From NCBI GenBank assembly GCA_963664405.1, contig OY761158.1, positions 1,792,001-1,856,000 on the forward strand: 64,000 nucleotides of DNA. Reading direction: 5' to 3'. How positions within the stretch are numbered: position 1 is the first letter of the stretch; the number at the start of each line of letters is the position of its first letter. Below the pieces are notes generated by a model, which did not search any database, was not told where the DNA came from, and worked only from the letters and a program-made list of their open reading frames with translations. The translations under genes were made by a program, and so were the position numbers. Source of the DNA: Thermoanaerobaculia bacterium (lineage in GTDB: Bacteria > Acidobacteriota > Thermoanaerobaculia > Multivoradales > Multivoraceae). This document shows positions 9,305 through 18,895 of this stretch, piece after piece.

Positions 9305-10402
9305 GTGGATCCCTTCGCTCACAGCCTATTTGGTGCCGCACTCGCCAAGACTCCCGTCGGCCGGCGTACGCCCCTGGCAACGACGACTCTGGTGATTGCC
9401 GCCAACGCGCCGGATGTAGACATCTTCAGCTACTTTGCAGGCGGCGACGCGGCGCTGGCATTCCGGCGTGGTTGGACCCATGGCCCCCTCGGCATCCTCG
9501 TGCTCCCCACCTTGGTGTCTCTTCTCCTGCTCGTCGGCTACGCCTTCCTGCGCCGATCGCGGCCGGAGATGCCCCGTGCCTCGGCGAGAGGAGTCCTAGG
9601 ACTCGCCTATCTGGGTACCTTGAGCCACCCAGCCCTCGACTGGCTCAACACCTATGGGGTGCGCCTTCTGATGCCATGGAGCGATCACTGGTACTACGGC
9701 GACACCCTCTTCATCGTCGACGCCTGGATGTGGCTGATTCTGGGCTCCGCCGCGTTTCTCGCCCAGCGTCCCTCACGACGTAGGAATGGGAGCTGGGGCG
9801 TGCTTGCGGTCATGGCCACCATGCTGCTCTTTGCCGCAAGCGACTCCTCGGGTGGAAAGTACCTCTGGATGGTCGGTCTCGGAATGGTCGTGTTGCTAAC
9901 GATAAGGGGCTGGCCACAGAACGAGCGTCAGCGATCGAATCTCGCCTCGGCCTTGGTCGCCGTCTTCGTCGTCTACATCCTCGCAATGATCGGAGGAGCA
10001 CGCGCAGCCCGTGATGCGGTCGCGCTAGAGCTTGCCGAGCTCGGTATCGAAGCGGTCGAGGAGTTGATGGTGGGCCCCTTACCCTTGACGCCCTTCACCC
10101 GAGAGGTGATCGCGGCAACCCCGTCGCAGATTCACTTCGGTGTCTTCCGCTGGCTGCCATCGCCTCACTTGCAGGTCCTACCCTCGTCGCGGCCCCGGCC
10201 ATCCTCCCACCCCGCGATGGCCGCCGCCTGGGCCGACCCCTGTATTCGGGGCTTTGTCGGCTGCGCCCGTTTCCCCTCCGCCGAGGTCGTGGAGGAGACC
10301 GATCACTACGAGGTCCGCCTCATCGACAACCGCTACACTCGTTCCTTCGCGACCGGGTTCGGCTCAGCTCGCGTCGAAATTCCGCACCGGCGGGTGGACT
10401 GA
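9305..10402 (+). CDS. Metal-dependent membrane hydrolase (YdjM-like)
   Basis: MDPFAHSL, ANAPDVD, RGWTH, LSHPALDWLNTYGVRLLMPWS, DTLFIVD. Confidence 0.88.
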   Translation: MDPFAHSLFGAALAKTPVGRRTPLATTTLVIAANAPDVDIFSYFAGGDAALAFRRGWTHGPLGILVLPTLVSLLLLVGYAFLRRSRPEMPRASARGVLGLAYLGTLSHPALDWLNTYGVRLLMPWSDHWYYGDTLFIVDAWMWLILGSAAFLAQRPSRRRNGSWGVLAVMATMLLFAASDSSGGKYLWMVGLGMVVLLTIRGWPQNERQRSNLASALVAVFVVYILAMIGGARAARDAVALELAELGIEAVEELMVGPLPLTPFTREVIAATPSQIHFGVFRWLPSPHLQVLPSSRPRPSSHPAMAAAWADPCIRGFVGCARFPSAEVVEETDHYEVRLIDNRYTRSFATGFGSARVEIPHRRVD

Positions 10403-10502
10403 GACGCGAGCGCCTCGCAAGATCGCCAATCGTTCTGGGAGCCGAGATCTGTAGCCAGGGACTCCCGGGTTTGCGGCCGCCAATCAATTACACTCCTCAG
10501 TC

Positions 10503-11354
10503 ATGAAATACGGACTCTTCGGCATCAACTTCGGCCCCTGTACCGACCCGGACGTCTCGAGCGAGGTCGCCATCGCTGCCGAGGCCGCTGGATTCGAGTC
10601 GCTATGGACCGGAGAGCACGTCGCCCTACCCTCGCCCCAAGCCCCCCCCTCACCGGTACCCGCTGAGACGCCTTTCGTAGACCCTGCCGTCGCCCTTGCC
10701 TACATCGCCGGTCAAACGCAGAGCATTCTGCTTGGAACCGGAATCATCATTCTGCCCCAGCGCAACCCCGTCGTGCTCGCCAAGGAGCTGGCCAGCGTGG
10801 ACGTAGTCTCGAAAGGACGCCTTCTCTTCGGTCTTGGTGTCGGCTATATCCCGGCAGAGTTCGAGGCACTGGGAGTGCCCTACGCGCAGCGTGGCGCCAG
10901 GAGCGACGAGTACCTGGAAGCCATCCTCGCTCTCTGGACCGAGTCCCAACCCAGCTTCGAGGGAGAGTTCGTTCGCTTCTCGGGAATCGATGCGATGCCT
11001 CGTCCTGTACAGCAGCCTCACCCTCCGGTAGTGGTGGGCGGATTGAGCAACGCCGCATTTTCCCGGGCGGTCACACGCGGAAACGGCTGGTATGGATTTG
11101 CACTCGATGCTGAGGCGACCGCGCGCTGCCTCGAAGGAATAAAGGCAGCGAACGAGAAGGACCCACGGCCGACCGAGCTCGGCGGACTCGAGATCTCGGT
11201 CACACCGCGAGGCAAAGTAGACCGCGAAGCCGTCGCCCGCTACGAAGATCTCGGCGTCGATCGTCTTATCGTGCAACTGCGACCTCGCGGCGAGGAGACT
11301 CCCCTCGAGGCTGTCGACCGCATCGCCAGTGGGGTCGGTCTGACGGCTTCTTGA
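10503..11354 (+). CDS. LLM class (F420-dependent type) oxidoreductase
   Basis: AEAAGFESLWTGEHV, LGTGIIILPQRNP, GRLLFGLGVGY, P.PVQQPHPP. Confidence 0.9.
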   Translation: MKYGLFGINFGPCTDPDVSSEVAIAAEAAGFESLWTGEHVALPSPQAPPSPVPAETPFVDPAVALAYIAGQTQSILLGTGIIILPQRNPVVLAKELASVDVVSKGRLLFGLGVGYIPAEFEALGVPYAQRGARSDEYLEAILALWTESQPSFEGEFVRFSGIDAMPRPVQQPHPPVVVGGLSNAAFSRAVTRGNGWYGFALDAEATARCLEGIKAANEKDPRPTELGGLEISVTPRGKVDREAVARYEDLGVDRLIVQLRPRGEETPLEAVDRIASGVGLTAS

Positions 11355-11357
11355 TCG

Positions 11358-12239
11358 ATGTCGCGCGAGCCCTGGCGAGTCTCTCTTCACGGCGGCCACA
11401 GCGGCGAGTTCTGCGAGCACGCCGAAGGGGACCTCCGCCAAGTTCTCGAAGCCGCGGTCAGAGCCGGCTACCGAACCTTTGGCGTCACCGAGCACGCACC
11501 CAGGAGCGAGAGCCGCTTTCTCCATGCCGAGGAGATCGAGAAAGGTTACGACGTCACCGGGCTGGCCGCCGATTTCGAGAGCTACGCGGCAACTGTATTT
11601 CGACTCGCGGACGAGCTCGCCGAGGATCTCCAGGTACTGCGCGCTTTCGAGATCGAGGTGGTGCCTGGCGGCGGCTACGTCGAAGAAATGAAGGCCCTAC
11701 GCCAACGCCACGGCTTCGACTACATGGTCGGCTCGGTTCACTACGTCGACGAGATCTCGATCGACGGGGCACCTTCCGACTTCGAGCGCGCGGTCAGAGA
11801 TCACGGAGGCCTCGAAGCTCTCGCGATCCGCTACTACGAAGAAGTCACCGCCATGATCGAAGCGCTACGCCCTGAGGTCGTGGGTCATCTCGACCTGATC
11901 CGTCTGCTCGCCGGCGAGAGCGCGGCACTCGACACCCCTAGTATCCGAAGCGGCGCGCACCGGACGCTGGAGGCCGCACTCAGCTGCAGCGCGATCATCG
12001 ATGTCAACACCGCTGCCTATCGAAAAGGACTCGCCAGCCCTTATCCGGCCCCATGGCTGGTGCAAGAGGCAGCCTCGATGGGACTGGGCTTCTGCTTCGG
12101 TGACGACAGCCATGGGCCCGACGAGGTGGGTACGGGGATCGACCGGGCCCGAGACTACCTGCTGACCAACGATGTAACGACCATCGCCGTACTCACCCGA
12201 GAAGGCAACGATCTCGTCCGTCAAGAAGTCACCCTATAG
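11358..12239 (+). CDS. PHP-family histidinol-phosphatase (HisJ/HisK-like)
   Basis: SLHGGHS.EFC.HA, GVTEHAP, GSVHYV, GHLDL, FGDDSH. Confidence 0.85.
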   Translation: MSREPWRVSLHGGHSGEFCEHAEGDLRQVLEAAVRAGYRTFGVTEHAPRSESRFLHAEEIEKGYDVTGLAADFESYAATVFRLADELAEDLQVLRAFEIEVVPGGGYVEEMKALRQRHGFDYMVGSVHYVDEISIDGAPSDFERAVRDHGGLEALAIRYYEEVTAMIEALRPEVVGHLDLIRLLAGESAALDTPSIRSGAHRTLEAALSCSAIIDVNTAAYRKGLASPYPAPWLVQEAASMGLGFCFGDDSHGPDEVGTGIDRARDYLLTNDVTTIAVLTREGNDLVRQEVTL

Positions 12240-12258
12240 ATCGCTCCCGTCATCAAGT

Positions 12259-12498
12259 GCGTCGCTCGAGCCGCGTAGCGACCGCATCGACGGCGGCGTT
12301 CGCGACGAAGTCTTCCTCAAGCCAGGACTCACCTGGACTCCGCCGCGTGGATTCGGTACCAAGGCCTACATCCGCGACCGCTTCGAGCTCGGCGCCTTCC
12401 TGCGCCTCGGCGTTCACGACACCGACAGCGACTTCGGCGCCGGCGGCCGAGTCAAGGTCCGTTTCGACACCAAACGGCTGACGGAGCGACGACGATAG
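12259..12498 (+). pseudogene. Startless C-terminal remnant of a probable beta-barrel/outer-membrane protein
   Basis: Open frame ...DEVFLKPGLTWTPPRGFGTKAYIRDRFELGAFLRLGVHDTDSDFGAGGRVKVRFDTKRLTERRR* with no in-frame start; alternating beta-strand pattern. Confidence 0.5.
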
Positions 12499-12507
12499 AC
12501 TGTGCTG

Positions 12508-13518
12508 ATGAACGCACTCGACTCCTGGTTGAACAAGACTCAGGAAGAAGCGATCGAGCCCGAGCTGCCAATCTGCGATCCGCATCACCACCTGTGGGAT
12601 TACGAGGGTAGCCGCTACCTGCTGGATCAGCTCCTGGCCGACATCGGGGGCGGGCACAACGTCAGATCGACCGTCTTCGTCGAGTGCTCGTCGATGTACC
12701 GGAAGGACGGGCCCGCAGCCATGCGGCCGGTCGGAGAGACGGAGTTCGTGCAGGGGATCGCCGCGATGAGCGCGAGCGGCGGATACGGTGACTGTCGTGT
12801 CGCCGCCGGCATCGTGGGCTTCGCCGATCTGACTCTCGGAGCGGCCGTCGACGACGTCCTCGAGGCCCACCTGATCGCCGGACACGGACGCTTTCGCGGC
12901 ATCCGCCACGCCTGCAGCTGGCACGACAGCGACGAGATCCGCAATTCGCACACCAATCCGCCGCCCGCCCTGTTGATGGACAACAGCTTCAGACAGGGCG
13001 TCGCCCGTCTGGAGAAATACGATCTCAGCTTCGAAGCCTGGCTGTACCACACGCAGCTCGAAGAGCTCCTCGATCTCGCTCGCGCCTTTCCGGGTACGAG
13101 CATCATTCTCAACCATGTTGGCGGGCCACTGGGCATCGGTCCCCATCGCGGCAGGCAGAGCGAGATCTTCGACGGCTGGGCACGGAACATCGAAGCCCTC
13201 GCGGGCTGTCCCAACATCGTCGTCAAGCTCGGCGGAATCGCCATGCCACTCAATGGCTTCGACTGGCACAAGCGAGATCAGCCCCCCAGCTCGAAAGAGC
13301 TCGCGACCTCGCAGGCGCCCTACTACCTCCACTGCATCGAGCATTTCGGAGCGGAGCGCGCGATGTTCGAGAGCAACTTCCCCGTCGACCGGCGCTCGAC
13401 CAGCTATACCGTGCTGTGGAATGGCTTCAAGCGGGTCGCGGCGGGCGGGTCAGACGTGGAGAAGGCCGCCCTCTTCCACGACACCGCCGCCCGCATCTAC
13501 CGTATAGGAACTGGTTAG
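12508..13518 (+). CDS. Amidohydrolase_2 family protein
   Basis: EPELPICDPHHHLW, GRFRGIRH, ILNHVGGP, MFESNFPVD. Confidence 0.92.
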   Translation: MNALDSWLNKTQEEAIEPELPICDPHHHLWDYEGSRYLLDQLLADIGGGHNVRSTVFVECSSMYRKDGPAAMRPVGETEFVQGIAAMSASGGYGDCRVAAGIVGFADLTLGAAVDDVLEAHLIAGHGRFRGIRHACSWHDSDEIRNSHTNPPPALLMDNSFRQGVARLEKYDLSFEAWLYHTQLEELLDLARAFPGTSIILNHVGGPLGIGPHRGRQSEIFDGWARNIEALAGCPNIVVKLGGIAMPLNGFDWHKRDQPPSSKELATSQAPYYLHCIEHFGAERAMFESNFPVDRRSTSYTVLWNGFKRVAAGGSDVEKAALFHDTAARIYRIGTG

Positions 13519-14825
13519 TGCGCTTCCTCACGGCGCTCGCCTGCGCATTGCTCCTCACCTTTCCCGGGCTCAGCGAGCTGGCTGCCCAGGCCGAGCCGAT
13601 AGCCTTCCGCGGCGCTGAAGTTCACCCCATCTCTTCCCCTGTGATCGCACGCGGGACCGTGCTCATCGAGAACGGCAAGATCGTCGCTGTCGGGCCTGTC
13701 GACCAAATTCGCATCCCGCGAGACACGAAAGTCGTAGACCTCGAAGGCAAGGTCATCCTCCCCGGTTTGGTGGACACCCACTCCCACATCGGCAGTGTCT
13801 CCGGCGGCGACAGCTCGGCGGCTCTCCACCCAGAGGTCCGTACCCTCGACGGCATCGACATCCGCAGCGACTCCTTCAACCGGGCTCGTGTCGGCGGCAT
13901 AACCACCGTCAACGTGATGTCCGGCTCCGGGCATCTGATGAGCGGCCAGACCACCTACCTCAAACTCCGTAGGGGAGCAACGAAGATCGAGGACTGGCTG
14001 TTCTGCGAGGACCCGCTCACCGAGGTGTGCGGGGGCCTGAAGATGGCAAACGGCACCAACTCCATGCGCCAGCCACCCTTCCCTGGCACACGAGGAAAGT
14101 CAGCAGCCCTGGTTCGCGCTCTCTTTCTCGATGCACAGGCCTACCGCGACAAGCTCGAGGCGGCAGAGTCGGATCCCGACAAAGACCCCCCCGAGCGGGA
14201 TCTAGGAATGGAGACTCTGGTGGAGGTGCTCGAAGGCAAGCGGATCGTGCAGCACCACACCCATCGCCACGACGATGTTGCAACCGTGATCCGCATCGCC
14301 GCAGAGTTCGGCTACACCCCCGTGCTCCACCACGTGAGCGACGCCTGGAAGGTCGCTGACGAGATCGCCGCCGCCGGCCTGGGAGTCTCGCTGACCGTCG
14401 TCGATGCGCCAGGCGGCAAGGAAGAGGCGCTCGGAGCCGACTTTCGATCGGCAGCCGCGCTGGAAGAAGCCGGCGCCGACGTGGCCTTCAACACCGACGA
14501 CTCGATTCTCGACTCGCGTCTCCACACTCGCAGCGCGGCGCTGGCCGTGCGCTACGGCATGTCCCGCGAGAAGGCACTGGAGGGGCTCACCCTGGCCGGC
14601 GCACGCATGCTCGGACTCGAGCACAGAGTCGGTTCGCTGGAGCCTGGAAAAGACGCCGACCTGGTGATCTTTTCCGGGGAGCCATTGAGTGTCTACACCC
14701 ATGTTCTCGAGACCTGGGTCGAAGGAGAGAAGGTCTATGAGCGCAGCAACCCAGAGCACAAAAAGTGGGCCGTCGGCGGCTACGGTGTCTACCGCTCTGG
14801 GAGCGAGGGCAGCGATGAGCACTAG
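13518..14825 (+). CDS. Secreted amidohydrolase (intact metal site)
   Basis: GTG start overlaps the upstream TAG; signal peptide; PGLVDTHSH, LKMANG.N, HTHRHDD, NTD, GSLEPGKDAD. Its stop TAG is the MITE terminal CTAG. Confidence 0.9.
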   Translation: MRFLTALACALLLTFPGLSELAAQAEPIAFRGAEVHPISSPVIARGTVLIENGKIVAVGPVDQIRIPRDTKVVDLEGKVILPGLVDTHSHIGSVSGGDSSAALHPEVRTLDGIDIRSDSFNRARVGGITTVNVMSGSGHLMSGQTTYLKLRRGATKIEDWLFCEDPLTEVCGGLKMANGTNSMRQPPFPGTRGKSAALVRALFLDAQAYRDKLEAAESDPDKDPPERDLGMETLVEVLEGKRIVQHHTHRHDDVATVIRIAAEFGYTPVLHHVSDAWKVADEIAAAGLGVSLTVVDAPGGKEEALGADFRSAAALEEAGADVAFNTDDSILDSRLHTRSAALAVRYGMSREKALEGLTLAGARMLGLEHRVGSLEPGKDADLVIFSGEPLSVYTHVLETWVEGEKVYERSNPEHKKWAVGGYGVYRSGSEGSDEH

Positions 14826-16239
14826 ACCAGCGTTTCCAAAGTTCGAGCTGCATAGCTCGAGCTCATTCTGTTCGCTGGCCAGGCGCGCCGACGCAGGCAT
14901 ATTGGGCAATATGTCGAGGAGGCGTAACGCCGGCAGCGGGCAGAAGGGGCCGAGATATGTGCGCGAACTCTGGAAACGCTGGTCTAGATGTTCCGCGAAG
15001 GCACTCCGACCGGCCGGTTGGGCCATTGCGCTTCTCCTCGCAGGCGCCGTGGCGACGCCGGCGCAAATCGCGGTTCGTGGCGACGTCGTGCACACCATGG
15101 CGGGGGATGCACTGCGCCCGGGTGTGGTTGTGGCGCGTGATGGCAAGATCGAATGGGTAGGTCCGGCGGCAAGCGCCGACATTCCGGAAGGGTGGGAGGT
15201 CCTCGAGGCCGCGGTCGTGACCCCAGGGCTCATCGACGCTCATTCGGTGGTGGGCCTGGCCGGGATCTACAACCAGGGCACAGCGACCCAGGGCTCGAGC
15301 CGGGTGCAGGACCAGGACCAGATCGAGATCTCTGAGCCCATTCAGCCTGAGCTGCGCGCTGTCGATGCCTATAACGCTCGCGAACAGCTCGTCGCCTGGC
15401 TGCGCTCCTTCGGAGTCACCACCCTCCACACCGGTCACGGCCCCGGAGCCTTGGTCAGTGGGCAGACAATGATCGTCAAGACCCGCGGCGACACCGTCGA
15501 GGAAGCCGTGATCGAGCCCTTCGCGGCGGTCGCATTCACTCTCGGCTCTTCCATCAGCTCCCGCTACAAGAGCCCTGGCACCAAAGCCAAAGGGGTGGCG
15601 ATGCTACGAGCCGAGCTCCTCAAGGCACAGCGCTACCTGGAAAAAGTCGAAGACGCCGACGTCGACAAGCGGCCCGATCGCGATCTTCGACTCGAGGCTC
15701 TCGGCGCGGTTCTCGAAGGCGAAGTGCCGGCTCTCATCACCGCCCAGGCCGCAACCGAGATCATGACCGCTCTGCGCCTGCAACAGGAGTTCGGCTTCGA
15801 TCTCATTCTCGACGGCGCGGCCGAAGCCTCACTGGTGATCGCAGACATCCGAGCGGCGGGAGCTCCCGTGCTGTTGCACCCGCCGATGATGAGGGCCTCA
15901 GGGGAGGCGATCAGCGCATCCCGCGAGACCGGCGCCGCGCTGCGGGACGCCGGTATCCTCTTCGCCTTTCAGGGCGGCTACGAGTCCTATGTGCCGAAGA
16001 CTCGGGTGGTCCTTTGGGAGGCGGCCATCGCTGCGGCGAACGGCCTGGGCTTCGACGATGCTCTCACCGCCATCAGCATCGACGCGGCGCGAGTTCTCGG
16101 CATAGACGATCGAGTCGGATCTCTGGAAGTCGGCAAGGACGCCGACCTCGTCCTCTACGACGGCGATCCTTTCGAGTACACCAGCCACGTCTGCGTCGTA
16201 CTCATCGAGGGAGAGATCGTCAGCGACGAGTGCGTCTGA
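14815..16239 (+). CDS. Secreted amidohydrolase paralogue (degenerate metal ligands) with an in-frame MITE at the N-terminus
   Basis: ATG 14815 after GAGGG; PGLIDAHSVVG, GSLEVGKDAD. Removing the 162-bp element gives MSTRCSAKALRPAGWAIALLLAGAVATPAQ. Confidence 0.85.
   Translation: MSTRPAFPKFELHSSSSFCSLARRADAGILGNMSRRRNAGSGQKGPRYVRELWKRWSRCSAKALRPAGWAIALLLAGAVATPAQIAVRGDVVHTMAGDALRPGVVVARDGKIEWVGPAASADIPEGWEVLEAAVVTPGLIDAHSVVGLAGIYNQGTATQGSSRVQDQDQIEISEPIQPELRAVDAYNAREQLVAWLRSFGVTTLHTGHGPGALVSGQTMIVKTRGDTVEEAVIEPFAAVAFTLGSSISSRYKSPGTKAKGVAMLRAELLKAQRYLEKVEDADVDKRPDRDLRLEALGAVLEGEVPALITAQAATEIMTALRLQQEFGFDLILDGAAEASLVIADIRAAGAPVLLHPPMMRASGEAISASRETGAALRDAGILFAFQGGYESYVPKTRVVLWEAAIAAANGLGFDDALTAISIDAARVLGIDDRVGSLEVGKDADLVLYDGDPFEYTSHVCVVLIEGEIVSDECV
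14822..14987 (+). mobile_element. Palindromic MITE family A, copy 2 (162 bp, in frame within a CDS)
   Basis: CTAG at 14822 and 14984, ~24-bp TIRs, no stop codon in the host frame. Confidence 0.92.
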
Positions 16240-16261
16240 GGCGAAACAGGAACGGTCCACT

Positions 16262-18892
16262 TTGATGGGAGGAATCCGATTGTACCGCCACCGGCGGAGC
16301 CCCAGGCTCGAAGCCGTCGTCGCTTCAACCAAGGCGCTGGCGATCGTCTTCCTCCTGCTCGGCTGCGAAGCCGAAGAAGCAGCCGCGCCGATCTCGTCGA
16401 GCACGCTGGCCGCTCGCTTCGAGCAGTTCGTCGAGTCCGGAGCGGCACAACCCGCGACTTCCGCCGCCGCGCTACTGGAGCGTCTCGGCACCTTGTGGGA
16501 GCTCTCGAACGCATTGGCCCTCGAGGGTGCGCCGATCCCGGTCGACTACCCCGCGCACGTGAAGAGAAACTTCCTCGATCTGAACAAGGCCGGCGCAGAG
16601 CCCGATCTGGAGATCTTGGAGAGAGCGCGCGACATCATCGACCGCTACTCGCGAGAGCTAGCGCTCAAGGCGAAGAACCCGAACGCGATAGGCACCCTCA
16701 CGCTGACGCCGCCCGGTCCGTTCCGGGTCGGCGAGCTAGTCACACTCAGCCAGACTTACACGGTCGGCGACATACCCATGAGGCCCGGGGGAGGCATCAT
16801 CCTAACCACCAATCGCGGAATCGCGGGCCAAGCCGACGATCCCTCGGCGGAGAACCATGTAAGTGTCACCAGTTCACGGCCCGAGGCGATTCTCGAGCTC
16901 GCGGAGCCCTGGGGAAACTGGCAGAGCTTCATCAATAGGACCACTCTCTCCTGGCGCTTGCGCGACGTCAACCTCGAGCCTGGCGACACCGTCACCATCA
17001 CCTACGGCACCACCCTAGGCGGTGGCGGCGGAGCGCGTCTGCAGCGATGGTCGAACGACCGAGTCATCTTCCCGGTACACATAGACCTCGAGGGAAAGGG
17101 CGAGCTATTGACGCCTCACTGGCCCTCGGTGGAGGTCAGAGGGGCGCGGGAGATCTCGCACGTCAACGTCATCGTTCCATCGCGAGTCGCCGGCAACGAA
17201 CCTTTCGACATCGCGGTGCGCAGCGAAGACAACAACAAAAACCTATCCAGCGCCACGACGCCCCGTTATCGCGTTCTGCTCGAAGGGAAGGCGCTGCGCA
17301 CCATTCCCGCTGGGAGTGGAGCCCTCACCGTACTCGAAGACATCGTTCTCGAGCGGCCCGGCGTATACCGCTTCGAGGTGCGCTCAGACGACCGCACTCT
17401 GCAAGCCCTGAGTAATCCCATCGTGGTCAGCGCCGACCCCGAGCTGCGCGTGTACTGGGGGGAGACTCACGGCCACTCCGGATTCGCCGAAGGTCAGGGC
17501 TCGCCGGACGGTTATTACCGCTTCGGACGCGACGTTGCTCGACTCGACTTCGCCTCCCTCTCGGAGCATGATCTGTGGCTGGACGATGGCGAGTGGCTGG
17601 CGCTGAAGGAGGCCGTCACTACCTACCTCGAGCCCGGGCGATTCACCGCGATCCTCGGCTACGAGTGGACGGCCTCCAACCCCGACGGGGGGCATCACAA
17701 TGTCTTCTTTTCCGACACTGCCGACCGCAAGAGAGTCCCTGTCCAAGAGACCTTAAGCCCGGAGGAGCTCTATCAGCGCCTCAGAGCGGAGAACGATCCA
17801 GAGGACGTGCTGATCATTCCGCATGCCCATCAGTCAGCGGATTGGCGCAAGAGCGATGTGGAGATGGAGCGTCTCGCTGAGATCCAATCGGGACACGGGA
17901 CCTTCGAGTACTTCGGCAACAAGTACCTGCAGCAGGGCTGGGAGGTCGGCTTCATCGGTGCCTCGGACAACCATAACGGGCATCCAGGCTACTCCGGGAC
18001 CGGTAACCGGCAGCTCGGCGGTCTGGCGGCGGTGCTTGCTCCGCAGAACACACCCCAGGCGATCTTCCAAGCGCTCCGCGATCGCGCCACCTACGCCACC
18101 ACCGGAGAGCGCATCGTGCTCGAAGCGACGCTGAACGGAAGCCGCATGGGGACTCGCGTGCCGATGGCCCTCGAGCGCCGCCTCGAGTGCCGAGTCCACG
18201 GCACAGCTCCGATCGACACCATCGACGTCATCAAGAACGGCAACGTCGTGTTCACCCGTCGCTTCCTCGAGGCGCAGCTACGCTCTTCCGCCTTCCTCCA
18301 GATCAAGGTCGAGTCGTCGGCCGAAGTTTTCACCGGCCACAAGAACCCACGCCCGGCACGCTTATGGCGAGGAAGTGTGAGCGTCAAAGGTGCGGATCTG
18401 GTCGACTTCAAGAGACCGTGGTACTTCAACCCCGGCACCTTCTCGCTCGGTCGCGACGAGGCAGACACTAACCGTCTAGAGCTGAGCACGAACACTCGCG
18501 GCCGTGGCAAGGGGATTCTGCTCGAGCTCAGCGGCGCCAACCGCGACACTACGATCGTCGTCGAGTGGGACGAGTCCAGAGAGATCGTGCCGAGAGACGG
18601 TACGACTCCAGAGATGATGGACCGGGAGCCTCAGACTCTGCCCGCGGGCACGGCGAGCTTCCGCCTCGGCGACCTCGAGGGTGGCCTCGGCCGCAAGGAG
18701 ATCAAGGTGGTCGAGAATGTAGACTCCATCCAACTCCAGCTGGTGCCGGCCGACGCCGAGCTCGATCAGGAGTTCGAGTTCGTCGACAAGGAGGATCTGG
18801 CGCCAGGTGACTACTACTATCTGCGCGTCACCCAGGTGGATGGGTCGATGGCCTGGAGTAGTCCCTGGTGGGTCGGCAGTCGGCCGCGATAG
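16262..18892 (+). CDS. DUF3604 (PHP-like) domain lipoprotein
   Basis: LLLGC lipobox-like segment; VYWGETHGHS, SEHD, LGYEWT, GHHNV, IPHAH, GASDNH, TYATTGERI, YYYLRVTQ.DG.MAWSSP.W. Confidence 0.85.
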   Translation: MMGGIRLYRHRRSPRLEAVVASTKALAIVFLLLGCEAEEAAAPISSSTLAARFEQFVESGAAQPATSAAALLERLGTLWELSNALALEGAPIPVDYPAHVKRNFLDLNKAGAEPDLEILERARDIIDRYSRELALKAKNPNAIGTLTLTPPGPFRVGELVTLSQTYTVGDIPMRPGGGIILTTNRGIAGQADDPSAENHVSVTSSRPEAILELAEPWGNWQSFINRTTLSWRLRDVNLEPGDTVTITYGTTLGGGGGARLQRWSNDRVIFPVHIDLEGKGELLTPHWPSVEVRGAREISHVNVIVPSRVAGNEPFDIAVRSEDNNKNLSSATTPRYRVLLEGKALRTIPAGSGALTVLEDIVLERPGVYRFEVRSDDRTLQALSNPIVVSADPELRVYWGETHGHSGFAEGQGSPDGYYRFGRDVARLDFASLSEHDLWLDDGEWLALKEAVTTYLEPGRFTAILGYEWTASNPDGGHHNVFFSDTADRKRVPVQETLSPEELYQRLRAENDPEDVLIIPHAHQSADWRKSDVEMERLAEIQSGHGTFEYFGNKYLQQGWEVGFIGASDNHNGHPGYSGTGNRQLGGLAAVLAPQNTPQAIFQALRDRATYATTGERIVLEATLNGSRMGTRVPMALERRLECRVHGTAPIDTIDVIKNGNVVFTRRFLEAQLRSSAFLQIKVESSAEVFTGHKNPRPARLWRGSVSVKGADLVDFKRPWYFNPGTFSLGRDEADTNRLELSTNTRGRGKGILLELSGANRDTTIVVEWDESREIVPRDGTTPEMMDREPQTLPAGTASFRLGDLEGGLGRKEIKVVENVDSIQLQLVPADAELDQEFEFVDKEDLAPGDYYYLRVTQVDGSMAWSSPWWVGSRPR

Positions 18893-18895
18893 GCA

